Assembly: GCA_039811685.1 (NCBI GenBank)
Contig: JBDHZC010000001.1
Location: forward strand, 800,001-864,000
Direction: 5' to 3'
From: Armatimonadota bacterium
GTDB taxonomy: Bacteria; Armatimonadota; UBA5829; DSUL01
Length of the DNA: 64,000 bases
Below the pieces are notes generated by a model. The model saw only the letters and a list, made by a program, of their open reading frames with translations. It was not told the origin of the DNA and made no database searches. A program made the translations under genes and the position numbers. The stretch's first letter is position 1; each line of letters begins with the position of its first letter. Shown in pieces: positions 29,791 through 39,101 of this stretch.

Positions 29791-31482
29791 TTATTTCGCT
29801 GGTTGAAGCACTTCCGCACTCGCCCATGAGCGCCGGACGTCGGTCAACTTCGCCTTTACAGTCTGGCCGACGTATCGCCCGCCGTTGGTCAAATCCAGCA
29901 TATAGCCGTCCAACCAGGCAGTCGAATGAGGCAGAGTGACGTAAGGGTTACGCACGACGCTACACTCCACAACGGAATCCAACCTGGCCGTCATGTACGA
30001 CTTCTCGATCTGAGAAGGCGTACCCGGCAGGATCTCATACTTCTCCGTATGCAGATCTTCGCGCGCTCGAACGTAGACTTTGCGACCCAGACGCCGTTCG
30101 ATCTCTTCTACCGTCTCTCCGCGCGGACCCACCAGATGGTACGCGACTTCTGGATTGACGCTGATTACGAACGCCTGGGCGTCGGACTCGCTGGTAGCCT
30201 TGCGCAGCGCACGCTCAGCTTCAATGCTGATAGTAAGCGCTGAGGCCACCCGTCCACGCCCCTGACAATACGGGCAGGCTTCACCGACCACCTCCGAGAT
30301 GGTTTCTCCGGTACGCTTGCGGGTCATTTCAATGATCCCAAGTGGACTGATATGCGAGATCTTGGTTCGCGTGCGATCGCGTCGCAGAGCTTTCTCCAAC
30401 GTATTCACCACTTGCGTGCGATCCCGCGAACTTGTCATATCAATGAAGTCTATGACGATGATTCCGCCTATGTCTCGCAGCCTGAGCTGACGAGCGATTT
30501 CGGTTGCGGCATCGAGATTGGTTCGAAGAATCGTCTCCGACAGGCTTGTCGAACCGATGAACTTCCCCGTGTTGACATCAATAGTCGTCAAGGCTTCCGT
30601 CTCATCAATCGTCAGATTTCCGCCCGACTTCAGCCACACTTTGCGCCTGAGAAGTCTGTCAATCTCCGTCTCAATGCCATAGTGGTCGAAAATCGGTTCC
30701 GATTTTGTGTATCGTTGAACGCGATTCTTGAGCTTGGGCGACAACAGATCGAACAACTCCAGGGCTTTCTCGTATTCGTCCGGGCTGTCTATCACCATGC
30801 GATTGACATCCCCGCCAAAGACGTCGCGGATCGTCTTGTAGAGAAGGCTGAGGTCTTGATGAACCAGCCCGGGCGCCTGAGTCTTCTTTGCCTGTGTCTC
30901 AACCTGCGACCACAACTTCAGAAGGATTTCAAGATCGTTGCGCAACTCCTGCTCGGTCTTGCCTTCGGCTTCCGTTCGCACAATCACTCCAAAGTGAGAC
31001 GGTTTTGAGGCTTCCACAATTCGCTTGAGCCTGTCACGTTCGCGCGCCTCCGCAATCTTGCGGGAAACGCCGAGATTGTCGGATTCCGGCATGAGAACGC
31101 AGTAGCGACCCGGCAGAGAAATTCTCGTAGAGACTCGAGCTCCTTTGGTGCCGCGCGGCCCTTTGACCACCTGTACCATTAGCTCCTGCCCCACCTTGAG
31201 AACATCGCGAATCCCCAGCGAACGTCCGTTGGATCGCCGTCCTTCAAACTCTTCGTCAGCTTCAGCTATAACGTCGGCTACATAGAGGAAGGCGTTTCGC
31301 TCAAGGCCAATATCCACGAAAGCCGCGTCCATACCCGGGAGCACGTTGCAGACTTTGCATTTGAAAATACTGCCAACAACTCGCTCATCGCGCTCGATGT
31401 GCAACTCCACGAGTTTGCCGCTTTCCAGCAGCGCCACTCGCGTCTCACGCGTGTCGCAGTTTACGATTATCTCTTTAGACAT
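29791..31482 (-). CDS. rng: Rne/Rng family ribonuclease with C-terminal TRAM-like extension
   Basis: S1 domain (AAFVDIG), IDVNTG, DFIDM, Zn-link CPYCQGRG. Confidence 0.92.
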   Translation of the reverse strand: MSKEIIVNCDTRETRVALLESGKLVELHIERDERVVGSIFKCKVCNVLPGMDAAFVDIGLERNAFLYVADVIAEADEEFEGRRSNGRSLGIRDVLKVGQELMVQVVKGPRGTKGARVSTRISLPGRYCVLMPESDNLGVSRKIAEARERDRLKRIVEASKPSHFGVIVRTEAEGKTEQELRNDLEILLKLWSQVETQAKKTQAPGLVHQDLSLLYKTIRDVFGGDVNRMVIDSPDEYEKALELFDLLSPKLKNRVQRYTKSEPIFDHYGIETEIDRLLRRKVWLKSGGNLTIDETEALTTIDVNTGKFIGSTSLSETILRTNLDAATEIARQLRLRDIGGIIVIDFIDMTSSRDRTQVVNTLEKALRRDRTRTKISHISPLGIIEMTRKRTGETISEVVGEACPYCQGRGRVASALTISIEAERALRKATSESDAQAFVISVNPEVAYHLVGPRGETVEEIERRLGRKVYVRAREDLHTEKYEILPGTPSQIEKSYMTARLDSVVECSVVRNPYVTLPHSTAWLDGYMLDLTNGGRYVGQTVKAKLTDVRRSWASAEVLQPAK

Positions 31483-31488
31483 TTCTTA

Positions 31489-32205
31489 TCACCTCCTTTC
31501 TGTTTCAGATTTTGAATCGCCGTCGGTACGCAGAGCGCTTCGCTCCAAACTGAGCAGTGTCACGCTTCCTACCCGCACGGCTAAAGCGCCCAGCACGTCC
31601 TGCGGCCTGGCGCCAAACTTTTCATCCTGTAGCAATGTCATCCTCAGTACGGCCTCCATGCCGTCCACCTTTTCACAAATCAAACTCGCTATGCGAGATC
31701 GGACGTCTCTTGTGCCGCTTTCTCCACGTTCCACCAGCACATTCTCTGCCCTCAGAATCTCATCAAGCGCCGTTTTCAGCGCCATATCAGGGCGCTCCGG
31801 CGGCTCCTCCAACCGGATGCGCACGAGCCAGTCGCTGGATATCCGCGTTCCGAAAGTGCCTCGCCCGGATTGCGCAGTCCAGCCCTCAACTATCTCAACG
31901 CCTTCCGGCAGGCAACTGTTCATCCGCTCGATGAGATCGTCCGGCGCAATTCTCTCTGCTAGATCAAAAGCGGCCAGCTCCCGCAGGCCAGCAGCGCCAA
32001 CCGGAAGCGCAGCCGCAATCGTCATTCGCGGGTGCGGATTGACCCCTTGCGAATACGCCATCCTCACCCCCGCTCGCCTCGCAGCCCGCTGAAACGTCCT
32101 CACCAGATCCAGATGAGACATAAACCGCGCGGGGCCCTCCTTACGAAAGCGCACCACCACCCGGACAACAGGATCAGTCGTGATAGCAGCTTCCGTAGCC
32201 TGCAT
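31489..32205 (-). CDS. Radical SAM-associated protein (TIGR03936/DUF2344 type)
   Basis: RFMSHLDLVRTFQRAARRA, YSQGVNPHP; directly follows the radical SAM gene; start uncertain. Confidence 0.88.
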   Translation of the reverse strand: MQATEAAITTDPVVRVVVRFRKEGPARFMSHLDLVRTFQRAARRAGVRMAYSQGVNPHPRMTIAAALPVGAAGLRELAAFDLAERIAPDDLIERMNSCLPEGVEIVEGWTAQSGRGTFGTRISSDWLVRIRLEEPPERPDMALKTALDEILRAENVLVERGESGTRDVRSRIASLICEKVDGMEAVLRMTLLQDEKFGARPQDVLGALAVRVGSVTLLSLERSALRTDGDSKSETERR

Positions 32206-34030
32206 GCTCAGGAAGCAGGCGGGCAAAAATTCCGCATCTCTGACACTTTTCTCTCCGGCAGTCAGGAGTCTTGTGCTCGATAAGGGCACGCTGGTCTTCC
32301 AGCATCAGATACTTTTTTGAGACTCCCGCATCAATATGGTCCCAGGGCAGAGGCTCGTTATAGTCCCGCTGCCGGTTGGTGTAGTACTGCGGCGCAATGG
32401 CAGTCTCCGCAAGCGCCTGCTCCCAAGCCGTGTGACTTCTCTCTTCACGCCACGCATCGAATCTGGCGCCGTTTGTCCAGGCGGCCAGTATGACCTCAGC
32501 GACACGGCGGTCGCCTCTGGCCAAAAGACCTTCGAGCTGTGAATCCCGCGGCTCATTCCAGGACAGCTTCACACCCGGCATTTTCAAGGCCGCGCGCAGC
32601 ACAGCGATCTTATGCGCTAACTGCTCGGGCGAAGCCTGAGCCCGCCACTGAAACGGTGTGAACGGCTTGGGCACAAAAGACGCCACACTGACGGATATCG
32701 AAAGCCTAACTTTATCGAGTTGCCACGCCTGCCGCCGAATTTCCCGCACCAATTCTGCTATGCCCAAGACATCACAGTCTGTCTCAGACGGCAGTCCGAT
32801 CATAAAATACAGCTTGATGCGACTCCACCCTTGCCGCCATGCGCTCATAGCGGCGCTGAAGATATCCTCATCCGAGATGTTCTTATTGATGACATCGCGC
32901 AGGCGCTGTGTTCCGGCCTCCGGCGCAAACGTCAGGCCACTCTTGCGCACTTTCTGTATCTCGGACGCCAGTTTCACAGAAAACGCATCAGCCCGTAAAG
33001 ACGGCAACGACACGCTGACGCCCTGGACGCCAAAGTCATCTATCAATCCGCGAACAGCGCACTCGACTCCGGAATAATCCGCTGTCGAAAGAGAGACCAG
33101 AGAGACTTCGTCGAACCCTGTTGCGCTCAACAACTCTGCAGACATCTCAGAGATTTTCGGCGCGGAGCGCTCCCGTACGGGTCGCGTGATCATGCCAGCC
33201 TGGCAGAAGCGGCAGCCCCTCGTGCACCCTCGCATCACCTCCACCGAGATGCGGTCGTGCACTGCCTCAATATTGGGGACGACAGGCGCGCGCGGATAGT
33301 CCAGCGCTTCAAAGTCTCGCACGACTCGCTTCCGGACGGTTCGCGGTACCCTCGGATCATGCGTATAGCCGGTCAGGCGCCCTTCGCAGTCGTGGCTCCA
33401 GGAGTAGAAGGCCGGAACATAGACTCCCTCAATGCCTGTCAGTGCGAGCAGGATGTCTTGGCGTTTTCCGCCTTTCATCTGGCCAAAAACATCAAGCAGT
33501 TCGCCAACTACTTCCTCACCTTCACCAACGACAAAGGCGTCAATGAAGGGCGCCATCGGTTCAGGGTTGAAGGCGCAGTGTCCACCGGCAATAACAACCG
33601 GATCGGAGTCTGTGCGCTCAGCGCTTCGAAGAGGAATGCCACCCAGATCAAGGCAAGTCAAGACATTGGTGTAGGTCGCTTCGCTGCCCAATGAAAAACC
33701 GACCAGGTCCAGCTTGTGGAGCGGAGTAAAGGTTTCAAGCGTATACAGCGCGACTCCTTCTCGGCGCAACTCGCGCTCCATATCAGGCCACGGAGCGAAT
33801 ACGCGCTCGCAGAACGTATCTTCGCGCTGATTCATGAAGTGGTGGACAATCTGGAAACCCAGACTGGACATCCCCACCTCGTACACATCCGGAAACGCTA
33901 TTGCGGCATGCACGCGAACAGCCGCCGGGTCTTTCACCGTGATGTTGTACTCACCTCCGGCATATCGGCCCGGCTTCAGAACACGTCCCAAAATCTCGTC
34001 AAGCTTGGTGCTCGTATGCATGATGGACAA
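32174..34030 (-). CDS. B12-binding-domain radical SAM protein (TIGR03960 type)
   Basis: KPGRYAGGE, FPDVYEVGMS, CTRGCRFC, APEAG, PKPFTPFQW, LPWDHI. Confidence 0.92.
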   Translation of the reverse strand: MSIMHTSTKLDEILGRVLKPGRYAGGEYNITVKDPAAVRVHAAIAFPDVYEVGMSSLGFQIVHHFMNQREDTFCERVFAPWPDMERELRREGVALYTLETFTPLHKLDLVGFSLGSEATYTNVLTCLDLGGIPLRSAERTDSDPVVIAGGHCAFNPEPMAPFIDAFVVGEGEEVVGELLDVFGQMKGGKRQDILLALTGIEGVYVPAFYSWSHDCEGRLTGYTHDPRVPRTVRKRVVRDFEALDYPRAPVVPNIEAVHDRISVEVMRGCTRGCRFCQAGMITRPVRERSAPKISEMSAELLSATGFDEVSLVSLSTADYSGVECAVRGLIDDFGVQGVSVSLPSLRADAFSVKLASEIQKVRKSGLTFAPEAGTQRLRDVINKNISDEDIFSAAMSAWRQGWSRIKLYFMIGLPSETDCDVLGIAELVREIRRQAWQLDKVRLSISVSVASFVPKPFTPFQWRAQASPEQLAHKIAVLRAALKMPGVKLSWNEPRDSQLEGLLARGDRRVAEVILAAWTNGARFDAWREERSHTAWEQALAETAIAPQYYTNRQRDYNEPLPWDHIDAGVSKKYLMLEDQRALIEHKTPDCRREKCQRCGIFARLLPEHAGYGSCYHD

Positions 34031-34115
34031 GCTCCCCTGCTACCTCCGCGACGCGCGCCAGATGCGCTACAGCGCCACCGCGCCAGCGTCAGGCGCGGCT
34101 TTCAGAAGGTCAGGG

Positions 34116-34850
34116 CTATTCGCCCTCCAGCTCTCCAACCTTGATATCGAGGTCCGCACGCTCTTCCACGCGCTCAATGCCTCCATCCCGAATCCACAGT
34201 ACGCGGTCGGAAACGTCCAGCATCTTAAGGTCGTGAGTTGCGGATATGATTGTGACGTTCTGCTCTTTATTCAGCTTCTTAAGCAGTTCAATAATCTCTT
34301 TGCCTGTCTTCAGGTCAAGATTTCCAGTAGGCTCATCAGCGAGAACGATGGACGGACTGTTCGCCAACGCTCTTGCGATAGCGACACGCTGCTGCTGCCC
34401 TCCCGACAACTCGTTGGGTTTGTGGTGCAGACGCTCGCCAAGCCCTACAGTGTTCAAAAGCTCGATACCCCGCTCAATGCCGTCGTCCGTAGGCGTGCCA
34501 GCAAATACAGTTGGCAGCGTGACATTCTCGAGGGCGGTCATCACGGGAATAAGGTTGAAAGACTGAAAGATGTACCCGATGGTGCGACAGCGCAGATAAG
34601 CAAGCTCCTGCGCGTCCAACTGCGCCATGTCAACGTCGTTAATGAATACAGTTCCACTGGTGGGCTTATCCAGTCCGCCGATCATGTTGAAGAGCGTGGA
34701 CTTTCCCGATCCGGAAGGCCCCATGATCGAAATATACTCGCCACGGCGAATATCCAGGTGAACGCTCTTGAGAGCGCGCAAAACCTCGCCGCCCAGTTGG
34801 AATTCTTTGCTTAAATCTTTGGTTCGGACAACATATTCGTTCGTTGCCAT
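34116..34850 (-). CDS. ABC transporter ATPase, LolD/MacB subfamily
   Basis: Walker A GPSGSGKST, IGYIFQSFNLIP, LSGGQQQR, LADEPTGNLD, ATHD. Confidence 0.95.
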   Translation of the reverse strand: MATNEYVVRTKDLSKEFQLGGEVLRALKSVHLDIRRGEYISIMGPSGSGKSTLFNMIGGLDKPTSGTVFINDVDMAQLDAQELAYLRCRTIGYIFQSFNLIPVMTALENVTLPTVFAGTPTDDGIERGIELLNTVGLGERLHHKPNELSGGQQQRVAIARALANSPSIVLADEPTGNLDLKTGKEIIELLKKLNKEQNVTIISATHDLKMLDVSDRVLWIRDGGIERVEERADLDIKVGELEGE

Positions 34851-34921
34851 TAATTCTCTATTTACTCCATTTTCCGAAGAGCCGCCTGGTTCAACATCGG
34901 CTCATTCGCACGAGCACTCAC

Positions 34922-35542
34922 TTATATCTCCGCCCTCAGGGCCGCAGCGGGAGGCATTCGAGCTGCGCGAATGGCGGGCGCGATGGTTGCCAGAAATGTA
35001 AGAAACGTCCCGACACCGAGGCAGACGAGAAGAATCAGACCGATCTGCCCCATACTGACATTGCGCACAGAGCTCCACCCGAGGCTCCAACCGGCGGAGA
35101 GAAGCATAATGCCACCCCCGACAATGGCTCCTGCCGCAGACGCCAGAACACCCATAAACATCCCTTCGAGAATGAACATTCGCACGACAAAGCTGTCCAG
35201 AGCTCCCAGGCACTTCATCGTACCGATCTCTTTGAAGCGCTCCGTGACTGACATCAACATCGAGTTGGTGATTCCAATAGTGCTCATCAGCAGCGCGAGT
35301 GTGACCAGCCACACCTGACGGTAGTACTGCTGTTTGATAGCATCAGGCGTCATGTCCGTTTTGATACCGGCGTTGACAGCGCCCTGAACCAGCACCGAGG
35401 CCAGGAAAGCAATGCCGAGGAGAATTCCAAACGCTGTGACCGTGCTTCTGCCCAGTCTCAGGCGGATATTGTTCATCGCAATTTCGACAGATTTCCTAAA
35501 CGGTAGGTGAACCTGTCTTCCGAGTTTTTTGTGATCGCTCAT
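34922..35542 (-). CDS. Minimal FtsX/MacB-type ABC permease
   Basis: GRSTVTAFGILLGIAF TM1, NSMLMSVTERFKEIGTMKCLGA, PAIRAARMPP; very short extracytoplasmic loop. Confidence 0.88.
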   Translation of the reverse strand: MSDHKKLGRQVHLPFRKSVEIAMNNIRLRLGRSTVTAFGILLGIAFLASVLVQGAVNAGIKTDMTPDAIKQQYYRQVWLVTLALLMSTIGITNSMLMSVTERFKEIGTMKCLGALDSFVVRMFILEGMFMGVLASAAGAIVGGGIMLLSAGWSLGWSSVRNVSMGQIGLILLVCLGVGTFLTFLATIAPAIRAARMPPAAALRAEI

Positions 35543-35966
35543 TAGCTTTCTTTGATTCAGCAGCGCGGATTCCAATCAGAGCTCTTTCAGCGAGAATCTT
35601 CAGATACGTGCTGACAGAGACTTCCGCCTCCCGGCGCGACAGCTTGTGACGCTGCTGCACATACAATAGAATATCTTTGACGTTGTGAACGCCGTCGCAC
35701 AACTCCCAGACACCAGACCCAACGCGATCCAGCACAAGCTGTTTCTCGTCCGGAAGCCGGAACAACCGGCCTGCCAGATCTCCAAAGCGTCCCTTCCGGC
35801 GTGGGATGAAGAGATTGACTTCACCGTCCTCTTTGAACCAGCGCAAATTCTCATTTCGCGTCGGACGTGCGCTGAGAAGTTGCTCGCGCGTCGGCTTCTT
35901 AGAGCCTTTTGAAATGGGGAGATAGTCCCAGGCCTTGCCGATAAGCCCTTTCACCCTTCGTGGCAC
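35496..35966 (-). CDS. PqqD-family (RiPP recognition element-like) protein
   Basis: LDRVGSGVWELCDGVHNVKDI...VSTYLKILAERALI winged-helix signature. Confidence 0.8.
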   Translation of the reverse strand: MPRRVKGLIGKAWDYLPISKGSKKPTREQLLSARPTRNENLRWFKEDGEVNLFIPRRKGRFGDLAGRLFRLPDEKQLVLDRVGSGVWELCDGVHNVKDILLYVQQRHKLSRREAEVSVSTYLKILAERALIGIRAAESKKANERSQKTRKTGSPTV

Positions 35967-36931
35967 CTCACCGTTGCAGCCACGCTGTGCACCAGGTCGA
36001 GCGGCCTTACCCCAAAGGCTCGGACCCCAACAATGCGGTTAGTCTGCGGACAGTGCCACACCAGACTGGCAAAGCGCTCCACGCGCCACGGCATGAAAAA
36101 CGCCCGGTATAACAGGCGCAGACCCTGCAGCCCACCCTCACGGCCCTGAGTCTGCAGCGCTTCGTGCTCGCCCCAATCCACCGGATCCGTCTCTCCGCGA
36201 AAGCTGGACAAGGTGCCCAGGTACTCATTGCGGTGCCACGCCTGCATGCCATCGCTCAAGAGCACTTCCGCCAACCCCCAGCGCTCAATGATAACACGTC
36301 CGGCGCGGCCCTTGAAATTCAACGACAAGAACCCGGACATAAGCTGCTGACGGATCAGTTTCGCAGACGACGGCACGCGGAAGCTGAGTCCGTAGAGACC
36401 CCACTCGACCCCACCGTCCAGCGTATGGTCGTGCACTGATTCCAACATGGCCTCGGCCTGTTGCCGCTCCACCTTTCCCGGCGGAAAGGATATCTGGGCA
36501 ATGACTACACGTTTGCACTCCCCGCACCAGAGCAGCTTTCCCAGTGCCTGCCGGTCTGACAGCCATTCAAACCGCACTTGCGTCATGCGACTCCGCGTTT
36601 TTGAGCTGCGCGCTCGACGCCGGGAACCGAAAATATCGCCCTCGTAAATATTTTTCTGTTTGCGGGTGCTCTTCTTGACCTGCTTGAGGTAGTCCTCAGC
36701 TATCGACTCCAGATCAGGCTGTGAGCGAAGCTTGCGCCATCGGAACTCAACTATCTCCGACTCCGGACCATCCACCCGGTAGTAACCCGCCGAGGCGTCC
36801 CCGGAGGCAGCTACCAGATTCCAGCTCTCCGGCATCTGCGCGCCAATGCCTTCCCACGCTATCAGAGACAGCGCGGTCTTTGAGACGCCTGCTTTTTCTG
36901 TCTTTTTGCTCCTCAATGCTGTCGCAGCCAT
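35951..36931 (-). CDS. Hypothetical soluble protein with two tandem similar domains
   Basis: 326-aa ORF inside the operon, 9 nt after the upstream stop and overlapping the PqqD start; internal duplication visible. Confidence 0.75.
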   Translation of the reverse strand: MAATALRSKKTEKAGVSKTALSLIAWEGIGAQMPESWNLVAASGDASAGYYRVDGPESEIVEFRWRKLRSQPDLESIAEDYLKQVKKSTRKQKNIYEGDIFGSRRRARSSKTRSRMTQVRFEWLSDRQALGKLLWCGECKRVVIAQISFPPGKVERQQAEAMLESVHDHTLDGGVEWGLYGLSFRVPSSAKLIRQQLMSGFLSLNFKGRAGRVIIERWGLAEVLLSDGMQAWHRNEYLGTLSSFRGETDPVDWGEHEALQTQGREGGLQGLRLLYRAFFMPWRVERFASLVWHCPQTNRIVGVRAFGVRPLDLVHSVAATVRCHEG

Positions 36932-36940
36932 GGTCGTGTT

Positions 36941-38995
36941 CTAGAACGGAAGATAGTTGATTGATTTTGCGATAAGCGCAAGCGCGATGCCCGCCATCCC
37001 TGTGAGTCCGACTCCGCAGGAGAATCCGGCCAACAGTACCGGCGCATACATTGTCCAGCGCCCAGGGCCAAAGCGCTTTGCGAAATAGTGCCTCCCCAGC
37101 ATGGCTCCCAAAAACATCGGAAGCGCGCCGTTTATGTTGCCCTGCATACCGCCGATGATGCCGTAAAACATCAGCAAAGGAATGCCTACCGCGAGACAAA
37201 TCCCGTACAACACGAGCGTTGCGGCGCTGCCTCCAACGATAACCCATGGTTTCAACGCTTTCAGCAGAAAATTGTGCTCGCCAGACTGGTTGGCAGTCAG
37301 CCAGATGCTGCGCAGGTTGGCTTCCAGCGGCCAGAAGCGGTTGATAAATGGGTACTGGGCGCTTGGGATCTGGCTGGTATGCCAGAAAAACTGCCAGAAC
37401 AGAAAACTGGCCAGCAGGATGATCGGGAACATGAGTAGTTCGGCTTTGTAGATGCTGGTGAAGCGAGTTTTTGCCAGCTCCATCTCACGAAACCGCTGCG
37501 CCGTCGTGCCAAGGTCGTTCATTGGAATAGGCGCAAACCAGATGTCAACTTTCTTGTAACCGCTGGCGATGTAAACAGCCTGCTGCAGGAATGGGAAGGA
37601 CACTGTCTGACCTGTCAGGCCCACCATCCTTGCGTTGACGTAGGAGATTAGGGGTGTCCACAGCAGCCCAAACCCCAGGATAATCAGGAACGGAAAACCC
37701 GGCACCAGGATGCGACTGATAGTGATGTAGCCGAGTGTGGCAATCAGCCACATACCCAGCCCCACCCACATTGGAAAATCTCCACGCCCGGCAGGAGTTG
37801 CCAGAATACGTCTGTCCCGGTCTTTTGTTTCTTTGCTCTTGTTCTTGATTGCAGAATGAATGACGCTGGCTAGACCGATAAGGCCAACAGCAAAACCTAT
37901 CCCGATACCAGCGCTTAGCCAGAAATCCAAAGTGTTGGACAGTGACGTGGTAATGAAGCTCATCCCCTCCTTCCAGGTAGGCAGTAAGCCGAGTGAATGA
38001 AGGATTGGATTGCCAAAAAGCTGGAACACAGCTGCGCCGATGAAGCTTCCGACAACAATCGGAAACGGGATGACGAAGCCAGTCAGCACAACCCCCAGAT
38101 CCAGAACAAGCGATACGGGAGTCGCAGGGAGGAGCTTCTCTGTGTTGAGAGTCAAGTCCAGAAAAGGAATCGGCAGCAGCATAAGCGGCTTGGAAAACAT
38201 GACACCGGTAACAACTGGGATGAAGAGGTAGAGGGAACCGAACAGCAACCCAATGACGGTGCCAACGCTGAACACCTGCCAGCGCCAGGATTCCTCCTTA
38301 CTTCCAGCCTCAGAAAGAGCTGTGGCGCCGGCTGCGGCAATGGGCGCCATCGGAAATGGCAGGCGCTCAATATCGGAAGTGAGGCGGAAGAGCACATATC
38401 CTCCGCCGATCCAGTTCAGACGGCCGAGCACCTCCCCCATCAGTAGCAAACCAATAGGAATCAGCCATGCGGTATCCAGAAATGTCCGGTGTATGAGCGC
38501 CGGTGAGCCAGCGTGCGGAACCACCCAGGTGGGAATCTGGCTTGCGACGTGCTGAGTCTGAGGAGACTGCACAAAGTACTGCCACCAGACAAACCCGCCA
38601 AATGGCCCTCCGGAAAGCCCTGGGGCGCCTCCGCCAGCACCGGCTATCCCCCCCGCCACGTAGAACAGTGTGTAGATCTCAGCGCGCTGCAGCGGCTTGA
38701 AGGACCGGCGCGCAACTTCCGCAAAAAGGACTATAGTCACCCACTGCGCCGCAGGACCTAGCCCCTGCCCGGCAACCAGACCCATATACATGGCGCCCGG
38801 CATCATGATGAAGCCGATGAACAGCGCACCGATGACGGTTTTCATCGTGAAGCCGTCTTCGTACCCGACAGCGGCTTCGTCTGCGCCTGTTACCTCGGTC
38901 TGCTCGCGGGCGGACTCGATAGAAGTCCCAATATGCTCAGCGGCTTCGGAAATCTGAGCTTCGAATGTGTCTTGTCTCTCTTCGTCGTTTATCAT
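36941..38995 (-). CDS. OPT-like peptide transporter (polytopic membrane protein)
   Basis: About 16 TM segments; AAQWVTIVLFAEVARRS and DIERLPFPMAPIAA motifs; acidic N-terminal tail. Confidence 0.72.
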   Translation of the reverse strand: MINDEERQDTFEAQISEAAEHIGTSIESAREQTEVTGADEAAVGYEDGFTMKTVIGALFIGFIMMPGAMYMGLVAGQGLGPAAQWVTIVLFAEVARRSFKPLQRAEIYTLFYVAGGIAGAGGGAPGLSGGPFGGFVWWQYFVQSPQTQHVASQIPTWVVPHAGSPALIHRTFLDTAWLIPIGLLLMGEVLGRLNWIGGGYVLFRLTSDIERLPFPMAPIAAAGATALSEAGSKEESWRWQVFSVGTVIGLLFGSLYLFIPVVTGVMFSKPLMLLPIPFLDLTLNTEKLLPATPVSLVLDLGVVLTGFVIPFPIVVGSFIGAAVFQLFGNPILHSLGLLPTWKEGMSFITTSLSNTLDFWLSAGIGIGFAVGLIGLASVIHSAIKNKSKETKDRDRRILATPAGRGDFPMWVGLGMWLIATLGYITISRILVPGFPFLIILGFGLLWTPLISYVNARMVGLTGQTVSFPFLQQAVYIASGYKKVDIWFAPIPMNDLGTTAQRFREMELAKTRFTSIYKAELLMFPIILLASFLFWQFFWHTSQIPSAQYPFINRFWPLEANLRSIWLTANQSGEHNFLLKALKPWVIVGGSAATLVLYGICLAVGIPLLMFYGIIGGMQGNINGALPMFLGAMLGRHYFAKRFGPGRWTMYAPVLLAGFSCGVGLTGMAGIALALIAKSINYLPF

Positions 38996-39101
38996 AGATT
39001 GCTGCAGTCGCGGATGGACTTGGAAAAGCAGTGGCCTCTCAATCAGCGGCCAGCCTCAGTTTATCGCCAGCTTTGAAACCGTTATCACTTGCCAACTTCT
39101 G

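Noticed and set aside
32174..35966. PqqD plus nearby B12 radical SAM as a RiPP biosynthetic cluster
   Set aside because: The radical SAM is the TIGR03960 type tied to DUF2344-rng-rplU synteny. It has no SPASM domain or fused RRE, and no precursor peptide is visible.
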